From NCBI GenBank assembly GCA_964187785.1, contig OZ076409.1:2480001-2544000 (forward strand): 64,000 bases of DNA, written 5' to 3'. The stretch comes from Amphiscolops sp. MND2022 (taxonomy: Eukaryota). Of this stretch, positions 58,767-64,000 are shown in pieces. Within the stretch, counting starts at the first letter, position 1. Every line of letters starts with the position of its first letter. The position numbers and the translations under genes are program-made. The notes below the pieces were generated by a model. The model was not told the origin of the DNA. It saw only the letters and a list, made by a program, of their open reading frames with translations, and made no database searches.

Positions 58767-59140
58767 ACAGCAATATTTATTCTCGTCTACGGAATTGAGT
58801 AAATGAAGTAAAATTCTCTGATGATTTGCAACAGCATTACTTTCACCTTTGCCAGGCATCTCTGAAAACGAAATTTGACAGTTAGATCACCATTAATATT
58901 AGCCTTTTGGCCGAAGCAAGGGATATTCTCCCAACTTTTTTCTCATTTATTTTTCTTTCAAAATCAGATATCCTGGATCTTCCTCATTAAGTGCCATGTA
59001 TATCATCACGTTGGGGGGAGAAGACACACACCCGCGGTCTGGAACGAAAGTAGGGAACCCCATACCAGCCACTGTTACAGTAACAAAAAAAAAACAACCA
59101 ACAAACTACTCATACCTGGCCACTATCTCAGTCGACCGGT
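58767..59140 (-). pseudogene. Duplicated SMAP 5' fragment, copy 3 (shorter)
   Basis: Matches 20106-~20475; ATG copy at 58859. Confidence 0.92.
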
Positions 59141-60957
59141 AAACAAATTTTTGGCTTTCCAGAAATCTGAGCCCTTGCTGGCGTTTAGGGTTTCTGCACA
59201 GCTTTTATAATGCTCAGCTTTGGACTTCATCAAGGTAGTCTGAAATTGTCGTTTGGGGGTTTCATAATTGAAGGTGTTTATGGGGTCCGATCTGAGTTTC
59301 ATTTTTTTCCTGGCTTTTCGGAGTTGAAGTGAAAGCATTTTCAACTCTTCATTAAAGTATGGCTTTGAGTGTGAAGTGATTTGCTTGAGAGGTATAGTAA
59401 GATTGGCTGCTTCGCAGATACATTGCAGCAGGATGCCCCATAAACATGTAGCATCAAAGCATTCGTCAATTTCAGGCCATCGCGATTTAACGCAATTTTC
59501 TAAGGTTTCCCTCCATTTTTCCCCGGCGGTTTTCTTGAAGTCTTTTACATGAGTGGATCTGCTGTTTCCTGCGATATCGAATTTGGCAATAACTGGGTAA
59601 TGGCCTCTGTTTGGGGCGCCAGTGTACATTTCACTGTAATGGTCTATTGCGAGGCCGCAAGAAAATCTGTGTAGAATGACGTTGCATAAAACTAAGTCGA
59701 TTACACTTTTTCCATTTGTGCATGTGAATGTGGGCTCCCCATCATTAGGAGCTATGAGTTCTTCTTGTTGTAGGAAGTCGTTCAAAATTTCCCCTTGAGC
59801 ATTGCTTTTGTGGCCCCAGCTAGGGTGCCTTGCATTGAAGTCGCCAAGGAGAAGAAAATTGGACACTCCCAAATCTTTTCCTTTTTTTATTGCTGATCTA
59901 ATTTCATAGAGAACTCTTTTCATTTCTTCTATACTATTTGGACGGCAGTAAACTCCCCCTACTAGAATGCTTTTCCTCGAGACGTTACAAATTGCCCAAG
60001 TAGAGTGCTGGATTACGATTTCAAGTTTAAAAAGGCTCGGCTTGATGCTGACATCGAGAGCTAAAAGAACTCCTCCTTATTGACCAGGGTTTGAAGAGGA
60101 GTTGTTTGGTTGGTTAAATATCCAGGAAAGTCGGGAACTTCTGTATTTTGTTTCTTCGTCTCCGTGACGCAGTAGATCTGCACGCTGTTTGTTACCATAT
60201 ATTGGTGGACGATTTCATAGGAACGCTTTGAAAGTCCATTTATGTTGACCGTCTTCGCTTTTAAGGATTTGTGCTGTGTTGAGAGTGTTTGGTGGTCCGT
60301 CGTTTTGATCGGTTATGTTTGAGTTTGGCCCACCAGCTTGGAATCGGGTATTGTTTTCGAGAGCATAATTCTTCTAAGTTCTCTTGCTTGACTGGGCAGT
60401 ACCTGGAAACTGCAGCGTGACTTCCGTTACAATTTTTACACTTTTCGTTCTCCCTGTTGGTACAGTTCTTGTGATTATGGCCTTCTTGCGAACAAAAGCT
60501 ACAGTATTCGTGCTTCGATTTGCAGCAAGCTGAAATATGCCCAAATTTGAGGCATTTGAAACATTGTACAACCTTGTGTGGGCGGTATTCAATCTCTGGT
60601 TGAATCCAGAGATTACCAATGCACACCCCAGACTTGAGCACACCTTCCACTTGTTCTTCATTTTCGAGTGTTATTTTCAGCAGTTTCAATGGGGTATTGT
60701 CTTGTCTTTTGACACGGGTTACGATACTTCCTGGGACTTTATTTGAAATTTCCTCCTGTATATCTTTTTCATCAACACCCGTGTCTTTTACGTGATCTGG
60801 TAATGGTACACCTTTGAGGATGAGGTTGAGTGGCTTCTTGGCTTTTGTTTCTCTATGAGGTTGAGTGGCCTCTTGGCTTTCGTTTCTCTATGAGGTTGAG
60901 TGGCCTCTTGGCTTTCGTTTCTCTGTGAGGTTGAGTGGCCTCTTGGCGTTCGTTTCT
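59141..60957 (-). mobile_element. LINE copy lacking RT (APE and ORF1 fragment only)
   Basis: Offset 3450 from the previous unit; the deletion junction has GTA microhomology. Confidence 0.92.
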
Positions 60958-62216
60958 CTCACCGTCGCAAAGACCAGCTCCCACTACGATCGCTTCGCTA
61001 TCTCCGTTCCCGCTAGGTCTTTGCTTCTGTTCGACCTCGCTTAGCAAGATGGGAACATAAGCGGGCCCGAGAGCTGCAACGCACTAAAGGAAATGGGGGC
61101 ATATCCGACGGCCAAAAACATTGTTGTTTGAAAACGCTATCTATTCGGCAAATTGTCCCGACAAAATTCGGCAAATTCGAAGGGCCAATTTGCCAAAATA
61201 AAATTTGCTGAACGTGAAGAACAATTTGCCGAATTTTTTTGGCAAATTGTCCCTTCGAATTTGCCGATTTTTGAAGGGACAATTTACCGAATACATAGCG
61301 TTTTCAAATAACAATGGTTTTGACCGTCGGATATGCCCCCATTTCCTCTAGTGCGTTGCAGCTCTCGGGGCCGCTTATGTTCCCATCTTGCTAAGCGAGG
61401 TCGAACAGAAGCAAAGACCCATAGTAACACCGTCTGGGCGAGGAAACCATAATACGGTCGAATTCCTATCAGTGAATTTGAAGCTTCGTGCAAGCGTCGA
61501 AGTCCCATTGTCGCAAGACTTTTGTCGAAGTAATTGCGTCGATGCCATTGCAAATGTAAAATGATCAAACAATGTTTTGGCCGTCGGATATGCCCCCATT
61601 CCAAAAATTCGATCCAAATCTACCCCACCCCTTGAAGGGAAGTTGAGAGATTCCAACGCCTGCTTTATGAGAGAATTGAGAGTAGCATGACGTGAGAAGC
61701 GACAAGCACTCTTGGCGTAAGAAGGACCAGGTAAACCGTCCCGTACAACTCTTTTACCACAGCGGCACGTATGCGCAACACAGATATTGGTTACGAGACG
61801 TAAACCAATCGAAATCCGAAGCTGCTTATCATCAAGTTTCAGGCCTAAGTTCTTGCAAGGAACGACGTTCAGCCAATGAAATCCGACTTTGCCTTGAAGA
61901 GCGTTAAAAACGAACGTTTGTCATCCATGTCTAGTTTTGACGTAGACAGGTTGTGTCCAATTTTTCTGGGTTCCATCGAGAGGACTTTCCCGTTCATTTG
62001 TCAAACTAATTCATTTCTCAAGCGCTTTTGTAAACGAAACATCTTCGAATGTTTCCGAGAAAATTGTCGTGAGAAAGTCACATGCACCAAAAGCTGAGGC
62101 CGAAAAGGCAGGAAGTGCTAAAAATGATGCGAATGAAACCACAAGACCACCCATTTCAGCGGGCAGAGCCAGATGTGTACTCGAATTATCGTCGAAGTTC
62201 ACGTTACACACTTTGG

Positions 62217-63240
62217 ACAGCAATATTTATTCTCGTCTACGGAATTGAGTAAATGAAGTAAAATTCTCTGATGATTTGCAACAGCATTACTTTCACCTTT
62301 GCCAGGCATCTCTGAAAACGAAATTTGACAGTTAGATCACCATTAATATTAGCCTTTTGGCCGAAGCAAGGGATATTCTCCCAACTTTTTTCTCATTTAT
62401 TTTTCTTTCAAAATCAGATATCCTGGATCTTCCTCATTAAGTGCCATGTATATCATCACGTTGGGGGGAGAAGACACACACCCGCGGTCTGGAACGAAAG
62501 TAGGGAACCCCATACCAGCCACTGTTACAGTAACAAAAAAAAACAACCAACAAACTACTCATACCTGGCCACTATCTCAGTCGACCGGTAGAAACATTTA
62601 TAAAAAAGCTGCAATGATATAGAGGTTTAAAAAATTTATTATATATAATAAATTTCTTCGAACGCATCTCTGTCGCTCACAGTTCCGAGAACACAGGCCG
62701 CATTGCCGCTCTGAAGAGCCATTGAAACCTGTTGCTTCAAAAAGCTGCCGGGTCGTAAATCGTCGTGCGAACGACAGCATTTTGCAGAGACGCGTGAAAG
62801 AAAATTCACTGCTCTCGCCTAAAAAAATCTCTGTAATTCCAAGGCCACCGGTTGAAAAATGTCTCCATTGTCTATTAATTCGCGATAATTCTCAACTTTA
62901 CGCGCTTCCGATTCGGTGGTTCCCGGGTTGCATAAGGAGCCTCGATTGCCGTGACATCCCACACCAGCTAATTACCCATATCCCAAGGAATCATGGTAAC
63001 GGATACGGGACAATTTGCCGAAACACACTTTGCTGAAAATTGACTTAGAGACAATTTGCCGAATAATTTTTGGCAAATTGTCCTTCACGTTCGGCTAATT
63101 GGGTTTCGGCAAATAGTCTTTCGGCAAATTGTCCCGTATCCTGTTTTTGCTCCTGCGAAGCGTTTAAAATAGATTAAATACTTCTCTTCACCTAATATGG
63201 GGTCATTTACGCTGTATGCGCGCTCGCTCTTACCGTCGCA
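62217..63240 (-). pseudogene. Duplicated SMAP 5' fragment, copy 4, including the empty LINE site
   Basis: Matches 20106-21123, then continues directly into AAGACCAGCTCCC; ATG copy at 62309. Confidence 0.93.
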
Positions 63241-64000
63241 AAGACCAGCTCCCACTACGATCGCTTCGCTATCTCCGTTCCCGCTAGGTCTTTGCTTCTG
63301 TTCGACCTCGCTTAGCAAGATGGGAACATAAGCGGGCCCGAGAGCTGCAACGCGCTAGAGGAAATGGGGGCATATCCGACGGCCAAAAACATTGTTGTTT
63401 TAAAACGCTATCTATTCGGCAAATTGTCCCCACAAAATTCGGCAAATTCGAAGGGCCAATTTGCCGAAATAAAATTTGCTGAACGTGAAAAACAATTTGC
63501 CGAATTTTTTTGGCAAATTGTCCCTTCGAATTTGCCGATTTTTGTGGGGACAATTTACCGAATACATAGCGTTTTCAAATAACAATGGTTTTGGCCGTCG
63601 GATATGCCCCCATTTCCTCTAGTGCGTTGCAGCTCTCGGGGCCGCTTACGTTCCCATCTTGCTAAGCGAGGTCGAACAGAAGCAAAGACCCATAGTAACA
63701 CCGTCTGGGCGAGGAAACCATAATACGGTCGAATTCCTATCAGTTAATTTGAAGCTTCGTGCAAGCGTCGAAGTCCCATTGTCGGAAGACTTTTGTCGAA
63801 GTAATTGCGTCGATGCCAGTGCAAATGTAAAATGATCAAACAATGTTTTGGCCGTCGGATATGCCCCCATTCCAAAAATTCGATCCAAATCTACCCCACC
63901 CCTTGAAGGGAAGTCGAGAGATTCCAACGCCGGCTTTATGAGAGAATTGAGAGTAGCATGACGTGAGAAGCGACAAGCACTCTTGGCGTAAGAAAGACCA

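Noticed and set aside
47423..64000. Helitron-style gene capture of SMAP
   Set aside because: No Rep/helicase or Helitron termini bound the units; the empty-site copy and microhomology junctions fit local tandem duplication

Overview
AT-rich eukaryotic (probably invertebrate animal) genomic DNA with spliceosomal introns. The left 21 kb holds two minus-strand host genes: RPL23 (runs off the left edge) and an 8-coding-exon SMAP-type ArfGAP of about 676 aa. Introns and intergenic DNA are filled with MITEs, DINE-1/Helentron-like elements, tRNA-like heads and a decayed LINE. The right 43 kb is a nested transposon and duplication complex. A 5'-truncated APE-type LINE (21124-47422, 12-bp TSD) sits upstream of SMAP. 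Two LTR elements inserted back-to-back into its 3' end, 87 bp apart, and both have 3-bp TSDs, a PBS displaced 15-16 nt from the LTR and a shared PPT. Element A (6 kb) has no gag/pol and carries one orphan ORF. Element B (16.3 kb) is a decayed Gypsy-like element whose reconstructed polyprotein of about 3000 aa ends in AT-hook-like, Cys-cluster and two TARG1-like macrodomain segments. Beyond 47 kb is a head-to-tail array (periods 5043, 5043, 3450 and about 2271 bp) that amplifies the SMAP 5' region/ATG exon with a 404-bp palindrome, a CRE-like fragment and LINE pieces. All calls are by eye and no searches were run.
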